From a virus (taxonomy: Duplodnaviria > Caudoviricetes): a DNA stretch of 64,000 nucleotides. Numbering within the stretch: position 1 is the stretch's first letter; the number at the start of each line of letters is the position of its first letter. Location: positions 1,558-65,557 of the IMG/VR virus record IMGVR_UViG_3300028045_000012; one strand, written 5' to 3'. The position numbers and the translations under genes were made by a program. This document shows positions 1 to 10,069 of this stretch, piece after piece. Under the pieces are notes generated by a model. The model was given only the letters and a program-made list of their open reading frames with translations. It did not search any database and was not told where the DNA came from.

Positions 1-113
1 ATAATTTATAAAGGAAAGTATTTTTTATCATCCTTATTGCATTTTCTGTTGTTAATTTACACATTTTTTTTGTTTCCATTTTATTATTTTTTTTATAAGT
101 TTTTATTTTTGAA

Positions 114-1973
114 TTAAATTATTTCACAACCATCAGCACCACAAGCAATTTCACCAGAAAGATTAGTATTATCCTGAGTTTCAATTATTTTAGTTAAATC
201 AACGTTTTTAAGTGTAGACATCATTTTATTAAATGTTTCTTCATTGGAATCTTCAAACGGTGGTTGAACATATGACCCACCATCATAAGGTAATACTGAC
301 AAACCATTATAATGTTTTCTATTTTCCCACATCCATTCACCCGTAAGAACCCAATCATCTTCTTTTATTGATATTGTCGCAGACACATTATGTGTATTTT
401 GACCACTTCTATGACCATTTTTTATCCATTCTTGAGAAACCTTTTTAACTCTTTTTAATAAATCAAACGATGATTCAGTTCTAAGAATAGATCCGTATGG
501 TGATTTTTGTGGTATAGATATTACCGCAGTATCGTGTGGTCTAAAAATCTCATCTTCCACCAATTCCGGGTGAAAATTATTTAAATATGTGTAAATTGAT
601 TCATTTTTCCCTACTCTCAATCTTCTAACATAAAAATCATTATGCCATGCATGTATACCAGAAGACGTACCTAATACTAATGAAGATGTACCTGAAGGTT
701 TAACAGTAGTTGTCCTTGCCGCCTTTTTAATACCAATTAATTTTGATACTCTTTCGTTTTCTACTTTAACTACTTTAGCCGCAGATTTCATATCATAACC
801 TAAAACAACACCCGAACCAATTCCTGTCATACCTACACCAATTAAAGCATCTTTTTCTGTAGTTCTTTTCCACACATCTCTTAAATAATGGAAATCAGTA
901 TATCCGGCTTGTAATGTACCGATAAAAGATGCACCTCTTACCCTTTCTTCAAAATCTTCTTGTGATTCAATATCTGAAGCATTTACTTCACATAAATTAC
1001 AGAACTGGTATGGTCTTAATGCTATTTCACAACAGGGATTTGTTCCCCAATCCTTATCATTCGAAAAATAAATACCTGGTTCACCTGCCCCACTTATTTC
1101 TATTCTTTTCCATAGATTTAGAAAGAATTCTTTTGTAACTTTATGTCTAAGTAATAATGCTGAATTATTTGCTCTACCTCTTTGTGGGTTAAGTTCCCAC
1201 CAACTACCTGTTTTTGATGATATCATTTCATCATCATCGGCAGAAAAAAGACTAATTAATGCTGCCCTTCGAATACCACCTGCTAATACTGCATCTGCAA
1301 TATAACAAATAATATCATATACTTCTATGGGTTCAAGTTTATCACCATCTTCTTTATTATTTAAAACTTTACTGATATTATGAATACAATCTTTTAATGG
1401 TTGTGGTCCAGGTGCTTTACCACCAGAAGTAACTAATAATGCACCTTTTTGTCTTACGTCAGAATAATCAAATACTGGTGTGGAAGATTTAACACCAAAA
1501 TAAGATTCCACTAACACTTTTATTGCATCTGACCAACCTTCAATAGAGTCACCAATTAAATATCTTCGTTTTCTTTTAGGGTTAGGTCTTTTAATGTCAG
1601 GTAAATTTTCTACATGGTGTTTTTGAACTGAAAACCCAACGCCAGTACCCCCAAGTAACAAAAACATAGTTTCTGAAAACGCATCTACATGATCAATTGG
1701 GAGATATGCACAATTATATACCCTATTAGGTGAAATTTCTATTGGTTTACCACCAAATTGTAAACTTCTCATAGATGGTAATATTTTTTTATTATAAACC
1801 ATCTTATACACCTCTTCTATTTCATCCTTCATATTAGGATATTTTTTTTGGTGCATATTTTTATTTCTTGTTACTAATTCATACCACGTTTCTCTTCTAT
1901 TTTTTAATGGTAAAAATTTTGCATATTTCATATAAACTGTAATGTCAGATAAAATTTTATTTGATAACTCCAT
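114..1973 (-). CDS. nrdJ: Class II (adenosylcobalamin-dependent) ribonucleotide reductase
   Basis: ILPSMRSL, YNC, GGIRRAA, GTNPCCEI active-site loop, TVKPSGT, C-terminal CGADGC cysteine pair; no nrdB-like gene seen in the window. Confidence 0.93.
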   Translation of the reverse strand: MELSNKILSDITVYMKYAKFLPLKNRRETWYELVTRNKNMHQKKYPNMKDEIEEVYKMVYNKKILPSMRSLQFGGKPIEISPNRVYNCAYLPIDHVDAFSETMFLLLGGTGVGFSVQKHHVENLPDIKRPNPKRKRRYLIGDSIEGWSDAIKVLVESYFGVKSSTPVFDYSDVRQKGALLVTSGGKAPGPQPLKDCIHNISKVLNNKEDGDKLEPIEVYDIICYIADAVLAGGIRRAALISLFSADDDEMISSKTGSWWELNPQRGRANNSALLLRHKVTKEFFLNLWKRIEISGAGEPGIYFSNDKDWGTNPCCEIALRPYQFCNLCEVNASDIESQEDFEERVRGASFIGTLQAGYTDFHYLRDVWKRTTEKDALIGVGMTGIGSGVVLGYDMKSAAKVVKVENERVSKLIGIKKAARTTTVKPSGTSSLVLGTSSGIHAWHNDFYVRRLRVGKNESIYTYLNNFHPELVEDEIFRPHDTAVISIPQKSPYGSILRTESSFDLLKRVKKVSQEWIKNGHRSGQNTHNVSATISIKEDDWVLTGEWMWENRKHYNGLSVLPYDGGSYVQPPFEDSNEETFNKMMSTLKNVDLTKIIETQDNTNLSGEIACGADGCEII

Positions 1974-2044
1974 TTATTTATTATTTTTGTATTTTTATTA
2001 TTTTTATTATTTTAATGTAACACTTTTAAAGAAAATAACAATAG

Positions 2045-3424
2045 TTAACTAAGATTATTTCTACTTTTTTTAATTGTTTCTTCAATAAACTTCGAATCCT
2101 TTCTTTTGTTATTGTGACCATGTTGTAAAAAACTTACATCTAAACTATTTGAACAGTCTATTACTAAGTTACCATTATTAAAGATAATATTTTCAAAAAC
2201 AACACCATCTGGACCAAATCTTGATTTCAATATTGCGATATTTGCAGTACCATCTTGTTTCTGTTCTAATGTTTTACCAACAGATAATATAAAATGACCA
2301 ATTTGACCCTTTTTAATAGACCCACCAATCATATTTGCCTCTACTAATTCTGCACCAATTGAACTTCTATTACCTTGTATCGCAGTCCACCCTGCAATAT
2401 CTAATTCAGAAATCATAGTTTCAAATTGTCTCATCACATTCCCTTCACCACTATATTCATTTTCAAACTTTTTTGATGGTTGAACACAATCAATATAATC
2501 CAAAAAGATAATATCTGGTTTAATGCCACTAGAAATTAATTTTCTAAGATATTGTTTAATATGTGGGATAGTTGTACCATCACTAGGCATTTTTTTAAGT
2601 ATTAAATGACCTTTATCTTTATATTTAGGTAAAAGTTGTTTAACCTCATCTCTTCTAGTATTTAATTCATTTAAATCAATACCAGTAAAACATGTTACGT
2701 GTTTTCTTTGAATAACTTTTGGGTTATCCTCAAAGAATATTTGTACAACATTTTTACCTCCTAAATAGGCATTATTTGCCAATCTGGTCATTAATGTAGT
2801 TTTACCAACACCAAAGGCGGCTAATATAACCCCAAGTTCACCTTTGGCAAGACCCCCACCCATTAAATTATCTATAGAAGTTAATCCTGTCCCAATAGGA
2901 CTCCTAAAATCATCTTCTAATACATCTTCAATTTTATGAAACACATCAATACCTTCATCTTTATCAGTACCAACAGATATTGCCTGTTTAATCATTTCTT
3001 CACATTCCTGGTATCTATCAAAGTCACCCGAATCTAATATTTTCTGAATTTTTTGTGTTGCCTTTTTAAGTTCTTGTTGTTTACAAAATTTAATAGAAGT
3101 GTCTTGGATATGTAAACAATCTTTATTATCTGTCTCCTGTATTTCCCTTAATAATTCTATCGCAGATTCTCTAGGTATTTCCCTTTTTACAACAATATTT
3201 ATATTATCTCTAATAGTAGAATAAGAAGGGATAGTATCATATTCTTCGTAATAATCTTTTACACCGGCAACAATAAGTCTCATGTATTCATTATCAAAAT
3301 AATTTGGATCTACAATAGAAATTATATTTTCTGAAAATTTATAATCTTCAATAATCTGTTTTAGAAGTTTTATTTGAAATGTATGCCCTAAATACCCTAA
3401 ATTTAACCCTTTTTTTTTCGCCAT
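2045..3424 (-). CDS. Replicative helicase, DnaB/T4 gp41-like
   Basis: Walker A AFGVGKT, Walker B IFLDYID, Q-G-N-R motif and KSRFG arginine finger. Confidence 0.92.
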   Translation of the reverse strand: MAKKKGLNLGYLGHTFQIKLLKQIIEDYKFSENIISIVDPNYFDNEYMRLIVAGVKDYYEEYDTIPSYSTIRDNINIVVKREIPRESAIELLREIQETDNKDCLHIQDTSIKFCKQQELKKATQKIQKILDSGDFDRYQECEEMIKQAISVGTDKDEGIDVFHKIEDVLEDDFRSPIGTGLTSIDNLMGGGLAKGELGVILAAFGVGKTTLMTRLANNAYLGGKNVVQIFFEDNPKVIQRKHVTCFTGIDLNELNTRRDEVKQLLPKYKDKGHLILKKMPSDGTTIPHIKQYLRKLISSGIKPDIIFLDYIDCVQPSKKFENEYSGEGNVMRQFETMISELDIAGWTAIQGNRSSIGAELVEANMIGGSIKKGQIGHFILSVGKTLEQKQDGTANIAILKSRFGPDGVVFENIIFNNGNLVIDCSNSLDVSFLQHGHNNKRKDSKFIEETIKKSRNNLS

Positions 3425-3428
3425 GATT

Positions 3429-3908
3429 TTACTTGTTTACTTTATTAATAAATATATCGGTTAAGTCATATTCTAGATATTCTTGACTATATTTTTTTTC
3501 ACTTAACGATTCCTGGAGTTTTTCTATGATTTTAGGGATAATTTTTCTTATGTCAACATCATATCTAACTTTAGGTGGGTAGTCATTACCAGAAAATATT
3601 TTAGAAGAAACAACTTTACCATTATACTTTATTTCGAATTTAAACATGTCCTCATTTTCATAAACATTTTCACAATTTAAATTATCGTTAGTGTTGTAAT
3701 AATTATGATACCTATATAGATATTCAAAACTTCTATTTTTAAAATACTTCCTTATAATTTCTACAATAGAATCAATAGTTTCCTTGATTTCATAACTATG
3801 TAAACTATCTTTATTAAAGTTATTAATAGGGAAGTTTCTACCAACTATAGGGTGATCATTTATTAAAAACATAAACTCAAATGGATATTTTTTATACGTC
3901 TTTTTCAT
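3429..3908 (-). CDS. Hypothetical protein in the replication operon
   Basis: 159-aa ORF packed tightly between exonuclease and helicase. Confidence 0.75.
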   Translation of the reverse strand: MKKTYKKYPFEFMFLINDHPIVGRNFPINNFNKDSLHSYEIKETIDSIVEIIRKYFKNRSFEYLYRYHNYYNTNDNLNCENVYENEDMFKFEIKYNGKVVSSKIFSGNDYPPKVRYDVDIRKIIPKIIEKLQESLSEKKYSQEYLEYDLTDIFINKVNK

Positions 3909-3909
3909 A

Positions 3910-4959
3910 TTAAAGAATGTTAGTTTTTTTGAAATATTTTTTTTCCTTTTTTATTATTGTTAAAAATGGTTTAAGATAATTAATGTAACCATCATTACCA
4001 CCATAAATAACACTCATTAAACCATCTTCTATCATCATATTTATCACATTCTTAGTACTCCTACCTTCAGGATCTATTGATGAACAAAATAACTCTTCTA
4101 ATTCATTTTTTGAGGTTTCCGTTAATAATGGTTTATGTAAATTAATTATTTTTTCATTAATCTCATAAATCTTATCTTTTTGTGTACCAATAGTAACTTT
4201 ATTAAGGATATTGTCAAGTGTTTTTAACCTCTTTTTCCTATCACTTTGTATATCTTCAATCTTATTAAAGATATAATCTAAAGTCAAAGTTTTTTCTCTT
4301 ATTTCAGGGAAAAACTTTAAAATAGTTTTATTACTAACTCCTTTAATACCTTTAATATTATCACTATTATCACCAGAAATAATTTTTATTAACTTTAGAT
4401 TGGATGGGTGGTGGTTAAAATGTTTAACATAGTTACCCAGGGTAATAACCTTTTTAAGATTTATTACGTAAACACTTACCTTTTCAGATATCAATTGACA
4501 TATATCTCTATCATTGGAGATAATCACCACCTCTTCGTCTACATCTTTATTATTAACATAAAAACCAATACTGTCATCTGCCTCAATTATATCATCTTTG
4601 TATTGTCTAATAAAGAGTTCTTCACAATATAACATTACTCTTTCTTTCTGAATATATAAATCTACCTCAGATGGTGGGTTCTCTATGTAAAAATCTTTAT
4701 CTCTATTTTTTTTGTAGTCTTGATATATTTCATGTCTTAACCTACCACTAAATATACCATCCCAAAAAACATAAACTCTATCAAATTTATATTCATTTAA
4801 GACTTTCCTTATCATAGTTAAGAATTGAAAAATTCCACCTATATGGTTACCTTTATAATATACATTCTTGGCACCATAATAGGCGGTTTTAATCAATGAA
4901 TCACCATCCACTACAAGAGTTTTACTTTGTGAAGAAACTTTTCTTTTTGGGGTTTTCAA
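3910..4959 (-). CDS. 5'-3' exonuclease / flap endonuclease (T4 RNase H-like)
   Basis: VDGDS, VFWDG, EADD, SNDRD and GDNSDNIKGIKG helix-3-turn-helix motifs; TTG start. Confidence 0.92.
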   Translation of the reverse strand: MKTPKRKVSSQSKTLVVDGDSLIKTAYYGAKNVYYKGNHIGGIFQFLTMIRKVLNEYKFDRVYVFWDGIFSGRLRHEIYQDYKKNRDKDFYIENPPSEVDLYIQKERVMLYCEELFIRQYKDDIIEADDSIGFYVNNKDVDEEVVIISNDRDICQLISEKVSVYVINLKKVITLGNYVKHFNHHPSNLKLIKIISGDNSDNIKGIKGVSNKTILKFFPEIREKTLTLDYIFNKIEDIQSDRKKRLKTLDNILNKVTIGTQKDKIYEINEKIINLHKPLLTETSKNELEELFCSSIDPEGRSTKNVINMMIEDGLMSVIYGGNDGYINYLKPFLTIIKKEKKYFKKTNIL

Positions 4960-4989
4960 ACTACAAACTTTACAAGGTTAATTAATAAC

Positions 4990-6042
4990 CTAGTCGATAT
5001 AATCGACAGGTGTTTCAACAATAACAGTATCTTCAATAATAGTGAATGAATCGTCTACACCAACACTATCGAATATCTCTGCCCAATATTCTTTGTATTC
5101 TGCCTTATAGTTGTCTATAGCCTTTTTATCATCTTCTATAAACCCATGCGTTGTGGCTAAAACTCTACAATCTGCATACCCTAAACCATTCATATGGTTT
5201 TTATGGATACCGACTTTAGTTCTTATCGCAAAGTTAACTTTTCTACCTTTATTAGAGGCAGATAATTTAGAAATACCCGCACTTTTTTGGTTGCCAAACA
5301 AAAATACTAATGCACATGATAAATATATTGATTGACCACCTTTTGGTTGTATCTTAGGTCTACCAAAGGAGTTTTCAGGGATCTCTACCCAGGGTTGGTT
5401 AACAAAAATCATAGTATTTGTATAAGGAGAACTTTCCTTCCTAGAAGATGTGATTCTTTGTGATAAACCCATACCCCATTTTTCGGAAATAACCCTTGCG
5501 GTATGTTGATTACCACCTTTACCATCGAAACTCATTTTACATGGGATAGTACCAACAGAATCCCAAAGAAATAATACATCATGTGGCAACTCACCATCTT
5601 TTTGTGCATTTAAAATTTCACTAACATATTCAAACGCTTGTTCAATATAATCAAACCCTAATTTGTATAATAGAAATCCATCCCAATATGCAGTAACTTC
5701 ACCCGTTTCTTCATCAACCTCTTCAACATATTCAGTTTTTAAACCCATTTGTTTTGCGTGTTCAAAACTAAATTTCTGTTCAGTTATAATAAAAACAGGT
5801 AAAATACCTTTTTTTTGTGCATCAACCGCACTTTTTATTAGTGCAGTTGTTTTTCCTGTATCCGAATGTCCTAAATACATGTTTACCTGACCCATTGCTG
5901 GACCTGGTAAACCTGTAGCCTTTTGAAAGGCTTCCCCTAAATCAAAATACTTTTGTTCTTTATATTTCTCAGAAGAAGAAAATCTCTTTCTAATAGCAGA
6001 AAAATCAGTTTTTTTCTTTTTTATCGGTTTTCTTTTAGCCAT
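4990..6042 (-). CDS. RecA/UvsX-like recombinase
   Basis: Walker A GHSDTGKT, Walker B FLWDS, IFVNQ, PKGG. Confidence 0.88.
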   Translation of the reverse strand: MAKRKPIKKKKTDFSAIRKRFSSSEKYKEQKYFDLGEAFQKATGLPGPAMGQVNMYLGHSDTGKTTALIKSAVDAQKKGILPVFIITEQKFSFEHAKQMGLKTEYVEEVDEETGEVTAYWDGFLLYKLGFDYIEQAFEYVSEILNAQKDGELPHDVLFLWDSVGTIPCKMSFDGKGGNQHTARVISEKWGMGLSQRITSSRKESSPYTNTMIFVNQPWVEIPENSFGRPKIQPKGGQSIYLSCALVFLFGNQKSAGISKLSASNKGRKVNFAIRTKVGIHKNHMNGLGYADCRVLATTHGFIEDDKKAIDNYKAEYKEYWAEIFDSVGVDDSFTIIEDTVIVETPVDYID

Positions 6043-6045
6043 AAT

Positions 6046-6918
6046 TTAAAATGGTAGTTCTTCATCGTTATCTAAATTGGTTTCTTTATTCGCATCACTA
6101 CTTATATCAAGGTTAGTATCTGCACCATTACTCATAAGATTAATTTCATCTTCCAATGATGCCAATTCTTTTTCCTCTTTATCTTCTTCCGCCACATACT
6201 TACTTTGTTCACTATCCCAAACTGGGGTTTTATTAGTTGCGACAATATTTAAAAAGTTCATATCTTTTTTGGCATAAACGTCATTATGAGTTTCTTCATT
6301 ATTAAACCATTCATCTGCCTTTTCTTTATCAGAAGTTAATATAGAAACATCATCTGGCATTATTGAACTAACTACTGTCCACCCATTACTATCACGATTA
6401 CTTGTAATAATAATATCTCTTCCTTCCCTTGGATCTGAAATATCACCTTTTTGTTGAAAAAGTGGGATTAATTTATCCATAATACCATCACCATTTTTAT
6501 GTTTAAATCTCCAAAATTTTACCCCATGATCTTCGTTGTCCCGGTCAATACCTTTAACAACATAAAATTTTCTTGCAAAAAAACCTTTGGCAAGTTTTTT
6601 TGCCTTTTCACTCCCATCTTGGTATAAGGCATCTTTGGCTTCACATAATGGACATTCAGAACCATCATTTAAATGGTTACAGTAAATTTTAGGCCATTTA
6701 CCATTCACTTCTTTTTCGTGGTAAAAAACCTCTTCAAAAGGTGAACTACCATCTTTGGCAGGTAAAATTCTAAATTTTTTAGTTTGTGTTTTCACACCTT
6801 TTTGTAACTTTTCCGTAAAGTATTTTTTTAATCTATCCTCATTTGAAATTTTTTTGGTAGACTTTTCTTGTGTGTTCTTCTCATATTGAGAAAGAATCGA
6901 ATCTAAAGTTTTACTCAT
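6046..6918 (-). CDS. Single-stranded DNA-binding protein, T4 gp32-like
   Basis: FRILP, C..H...CPLC zinc site, GVKFW, DPREGRD, acidic tail ending DEELPF; adjacent to recombinase. Confidence 0.87.
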   Translation of the reverse strand: MSKTLDSILSQYEKNTQEKSTKKISNEDRLKKYFTEKLQKGVKTQTKKFRILPAKDGSSPFEEVFYHEKEVNGKWPKIYCNHLNDGSECPLCEAKDALYQDGSEKAKKLAKGFFARKFYVVKGIDRDNEDHGVKFWRFKHKNGDGIMDKLIPLFQQKGDISDPREGRDIIITSNRDSNGWTVVSSIMPDDVSILTSDKEKADEWFNNEETHNDVYAKKDMNFLNIVATNKTPVWDSEQSKYVAEEDKEEKELASLEDEINLMSNGADTNLDISSDANKETNLDNDEELPF

Positions 6919-6949
6919 TTTTTAAGTTTTTTAAAATTAATAATATCTA

Positions 6950-6978
6950 AGTATAATAACAAATTTTCAAAAAGTCAA
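6950..6978 (-). promoter_or_regulatory. Sigma70-type promoter for the SSB-recombinase-helicase-RNR operon
   Basis: Minus strand TTGACT-N17-TATACT just upstream of the SSB start. Confidence 0.75.
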
Positions 6979-6979
6979 T

Positions 6980-7008
6980 AAAAAAACCCACAAATTTTGT
7001 GGGTTTTT
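6980..7008 (-). terminator. Intrinsic terminator, potentially bidirectional
   Basis: AAAAACCCACAAA-T-TTTGTGGGTTTTT perfect hairpin flanked by A/T tracts. Confidence 0.8.
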
Positions 7009-7034
7009 CATATGAAAAAATAAATAAAAAAATA

Positions 7035-7778
7035 TTATTTATTAAAAGAATCTTTTATTTCTCTATCATTAAAATTTTCTATATCACTTTGTCTAAGTAT
7101 ATATTCTTCTTCCTCTTCACCACCACCAATATCATACCCTTCTTTTTCTTCCCAATATTCTGGTAGACTTACGTTGTATGGAAATGAATCCATTGACCTC
7201 ATTTCTAATTTTTCTAAAGGTGTGGGGTTTCTTTTCTCAAATTCTTTTTCTAAGTCATCAATCTTAACGATTAAATCATCCATACTGGAAACTTGACTTT
7301 CTAAGTCCCCGAATTTAGATAATAGACTATCCATCTTAGTACTAACGTGATCTACAGAATTTTTTGTTTCTTCAGTCTTATCAACTATATCAGTAACATC
7401 AACTTCAACGGTGTCACCCTCAGGTTCTATCGCAAATTCATCTTCTATACCAACGTCACCACCCATACCTAAAAATGGGTCATCTAAAACATCATCTTCT
7501 ACGGGAAGTTCATCACCCATATCTGGTAGTGGTTCTTCACCACCTTCGGCACCTAAACCTTCTAAGTCTCCGAATGGATTATCACCACCTTCAGGGGTTT
7601 CCCCTTCCATGTCTATAGGTTCTTCTTCATCACCTGGGGGGTCTTGTTCAGTTATCATATCATCTAATAATAATTCACCATTTAAATCATCATCATCTTT
7701 TTTTTCTGAATAGAAGTTATATTCTAAAAGTTGTTTATGTCTTTTTAACTCTTCTAATAAATTTTTTTTATTTCTCAT
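7035..7778 (-). CDS. Acidic, low-complexity and coiled-coil protein, possible prohead core/scaffold or internal head protein
   Basis: Leader MRNKKNLLEELKRHKQLLE, D/E/G/P-rich middle, heptad coiled coil. Confidence 0.55.
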   Translation of the reverse strand: MRNKKNLLEELKRHKQLLEYNFYSEKKDDDDLNGELLLDDMITEQDPPGDEEEPIDMEGETPEGGDNPFGDLEGLGAEGGEEPLPDMGDELPVEDDVLDDPFLGMGGDVGIEDEFAIEPEGDTVEVDVTDIVDKTEETKNSVDHVSTKMDSLLSKFGDLESQVSSMDDLIVKIDDLEKEFEKRNPTPLEKLEMRSMDSFPYNVSLPEYWEEKEGYDIGGGEEEEEYILRQSDIENFNDREIKDSFNK

Positions 7779-7779
7779 A

Positions 7780-7962
7780 TTACATTAATAGTTGTCTACC
7801 ATCATTAGTTTTATAGATCTTATTTACTCTTTCTACAATTTCTTTACCATCATTTATTAAACATTCATCACCAATACATTCTTCTTTGTTAATCCCACCT
7901 AAGAAATCATTTAATTTATCATCTAATGTTTCTTTTTCTTTTTTACTATCTTTATTTTCCAT
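7780..7962 (-). CDS. Small conserved-looking late protein
   Basis: 60-aa ORF preceded by TATTTAT motif and abutting the next gene. Confidence 0.7.
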   Translation of the reverse strand: MENKDSKKEKETLDDKLNDFLGGINKEECIGDECLINDGKEIVERVNKIYKTNDGRQLLM

Positions 7963-7991
7963 AATTTTATTTATATATAAATATAATAATT

Positions 7992-8393
7992 TTAAGAAAA
8001 ATTCCTTTTTATGTCTAATATTTTTAATTCTTTTGAAAAAATAATTATAAAATTATTTTGATAATCATCCCAATTTATATTGAAATCTGAATAATTAACA
8101 TTTCCGGATTGTACATCATATAAACTTTCTATTAATTTATTTAATGCGTTTATAGTATAAAAACATTCACCTTTTTTATGTACTATTATTGTTGGTGGGA
8201 AAAAAGAATTTATATCTACTTTTTGGTCTTCATCTAATTTTAACCTAAAAGTTAATATAACTTTATTAGGTTCACCATAATCGTATTCAAAAATGTTTTT
8301 TATGTGGATATCAAATCTTTTATTTAAATATTTCTTAAAAGATTCTATTTTGTCATTATAAACAAAAGATGCCAAAGTTATCATTCTACCCAT
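7992..8393 (-). CDS. Hypothetical protein
   Basis: 133-aa ORF overlapping the upstream stop. Confidence 0.7.
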   Translation of the reverse strand: MGRMITLASFVYNDKIESFKKYLNKRFDIHIKNIFEYDYGEPNKVILTFRLKLDEDQKVDINSFFPPTIIVHKKGECFYTINALNKLIESLYDVQSGNVNYSDFNINWDDYQNNFIIIFSKELKILDIKRNFS

Positions 8394-8988
8394 TTAATTC
8401 GATATTAACAACATAAGGGATTAATCTTTTTTTATCTTTTATTTTTATTACAAAATCCCTTCTATTATTAAATATCTCATTATCTACAAAAACATTATTT
8501 TTTAATTTATGTATTTTAGATATTACTTTTTCTTTTTTACCTTCAAAAAATTCTAATATATTTAAATCTACCCCAAAAATTATATTTTCACAAAAAATAT
8601 ATATCATACCATTTTTATCCAAATATGTTATTGGAGATTCCAATGATAATATTTTTTTTATAATCCTATAATTAATTCTTTTTTTACCATAAAGAATATC
8701 TAAATAAACATAAGGAATGTTTTCACCAAAATTAGTGAAACAATATTCTTTAAAATTTTCTATGTCTTCATCGTACTCTACTTTTCTCTCTTTCTTATTA
8801 AAAGTCCAAAAAATCCTGGAATTTATTTTTTTATGTAAAATTGATACTGTATTACCATATATAGTTTTAACTTTTTTCCACCCTATTATTAAAGTAGGTA
8901 AAGTTTCATCTATCCCTTCTAAAGTAGGACAAATTTTAAAATTTTCTATATCTAAATTTTGTTTTGTTATTATATTTCCTATATACAT
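8386..8988 (-). CDS. Hypothetical protein
   Basis: 200-aa ORF; TTGATA-N17-TAATAT upstream (8995-9023). Confidence 0.7.
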   Translation of the reverse strand: MYIGNIITKQNLDIENFKICPTLEGIDETLPTLIIGWKKVKTIYGNTVSILHKKINSRIFWTFNKKERKVEYDEDIENFKEYCFTNFGENIPYVYLDILYGKKRINYRIIKKILSLESPITYLDKNGMIYIFCENIIFGVDLNILEFFEGKKEKVISKIHKLKNNVFVDNEIFNNRRDFVIKIKDKKRLIPYVVNIELNG

Positions 8989-9047
8989 AATACAATATTA
9001 TAAAAAAAATAATGCCTTATCAAATATTAATAAGATTAAATTATTAA

Positions 9048-10046
9048 TTAAGGGTTAAAATAATTAATTAATGGGACATTAGAATCGTCTTTTTTGTATG
9101 TAAATGTGTTTAAAACTTTCTCAAAAACTTCAAAAGATTTTTGAATGGTTTTACCATCGGTATTTAATTGTTGACATATTTCCACAGTTTTTGATAAAAC
9201 CGCCCCGTTCCCATCTGACTTACTTACATAATCAAAACAACTCATATCTACACTATCCTTGATTTCTTTCCATACCTTTATCGAATTTGTAAATAAACTA
9301 TCTTGAGAAGATGTTATTTGATCAGGTTTACTTAAACCATTAATCACTAAATCTTTATATTGTTTTCTACCTATAATATATAAATACCCTCTAGGTCTAT
9401 ACCTATATTCGTCACCATCTAAAATATTAAAATATTTATCCTGGGATAAATTATGATTATCATTTGGTGTAAATGATAAATCATCTGATGTACTTGTACT
9501 TGAAGAAAATATTGGTTGTATTGTTAAATATTCCTCTACAGGGGTGTCTGTTACAATAGAGTTTGTTTCTTTTGTAGATGCAGTATAAATAGGTAATACA
9601 TTATCACTACGTGTAATATCCCCATAATAAAGGTTATTATTGGTATTACTAATTTTATTAGGTACTTCACCTACTATATTCCAAGGTAATTCCTTTTCTA
9701 CTAAATTATTTGACTGTACTAAAACATTTGTTAAAAACATAGTAACTTGACTATTTGTAGTTAATTCTTGATTTTTCATGACTTCTTTTAAATTTGTTAG
9801 TTTTAAAGTCTCACTAACACCAAGACTTTTAAAATTAACCTCAGTAAAATTATTATCAAAATCAAAGTCTTTATCAGGATCATTAACGCCAATACTAAAA
9901 ATAGGGTTACCACTTTTTAAATTAGTAAACACAATTTTTGGTATTTCACTACTTTCATTTAAATCTATATCTAAACTAGTTGTTATATCTTCTATTGGTG
10001 GTGTTATAAATTTAGATTGTCTTAATCCTTGAAAACTTGTTGTCAT
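9048..10046 (-). CDS. Probable C-terminal part of the large baseplate hub protein, with a degenerate GH19 lysozyme-like domain
   Basis: DGDEYRYRPRGYLYIIGRKQY resembles GH19 GDGYxYRGRGxIQLTGRxNY; frame continues upstream as TNVNHSISPNH-M into the end of 10070..14398. Confidence 0.6.
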   Translation of the reverse strand: MTTSFQGLRQSKFITPPIEDITTSLDIDLNESSEIPKIVFTNLKSGNPIFSIGVNDPDKDFDFDNNFTEVNFKSLGVSETLKLTNLKEVMKNQELTTNSQVTMFLTNVLVQSNNLVEKELPWNIVGEVPNKISNTNNNLYYGDITRSDNVLPIYTASTKETNSIVTDTPVEEYLTIQPIFSSSTSTSDDLSFTPNDNHNLSQDKYFNILDGDEYRYRPRGYLYIIGRKQYKDLVINGLSKPDQITSSQDSLFTNSIKVWKEIKDSVDMSCFDYVSKSDGNGAVLSKTVEICQQLNTDGKTIQKSFEVFEKVLNTFTYKKDDSNVPLINYFNP

Positions 10047-10069
10047 ATGATTAGGTGAAATACTATGAT

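Noticed and set aside
1-79. Partial minus-strand ORF (METKKMCKL...) downstream of the RNR
   Set aside because: Only 26 codons visible at the window edge; cannot be supported.
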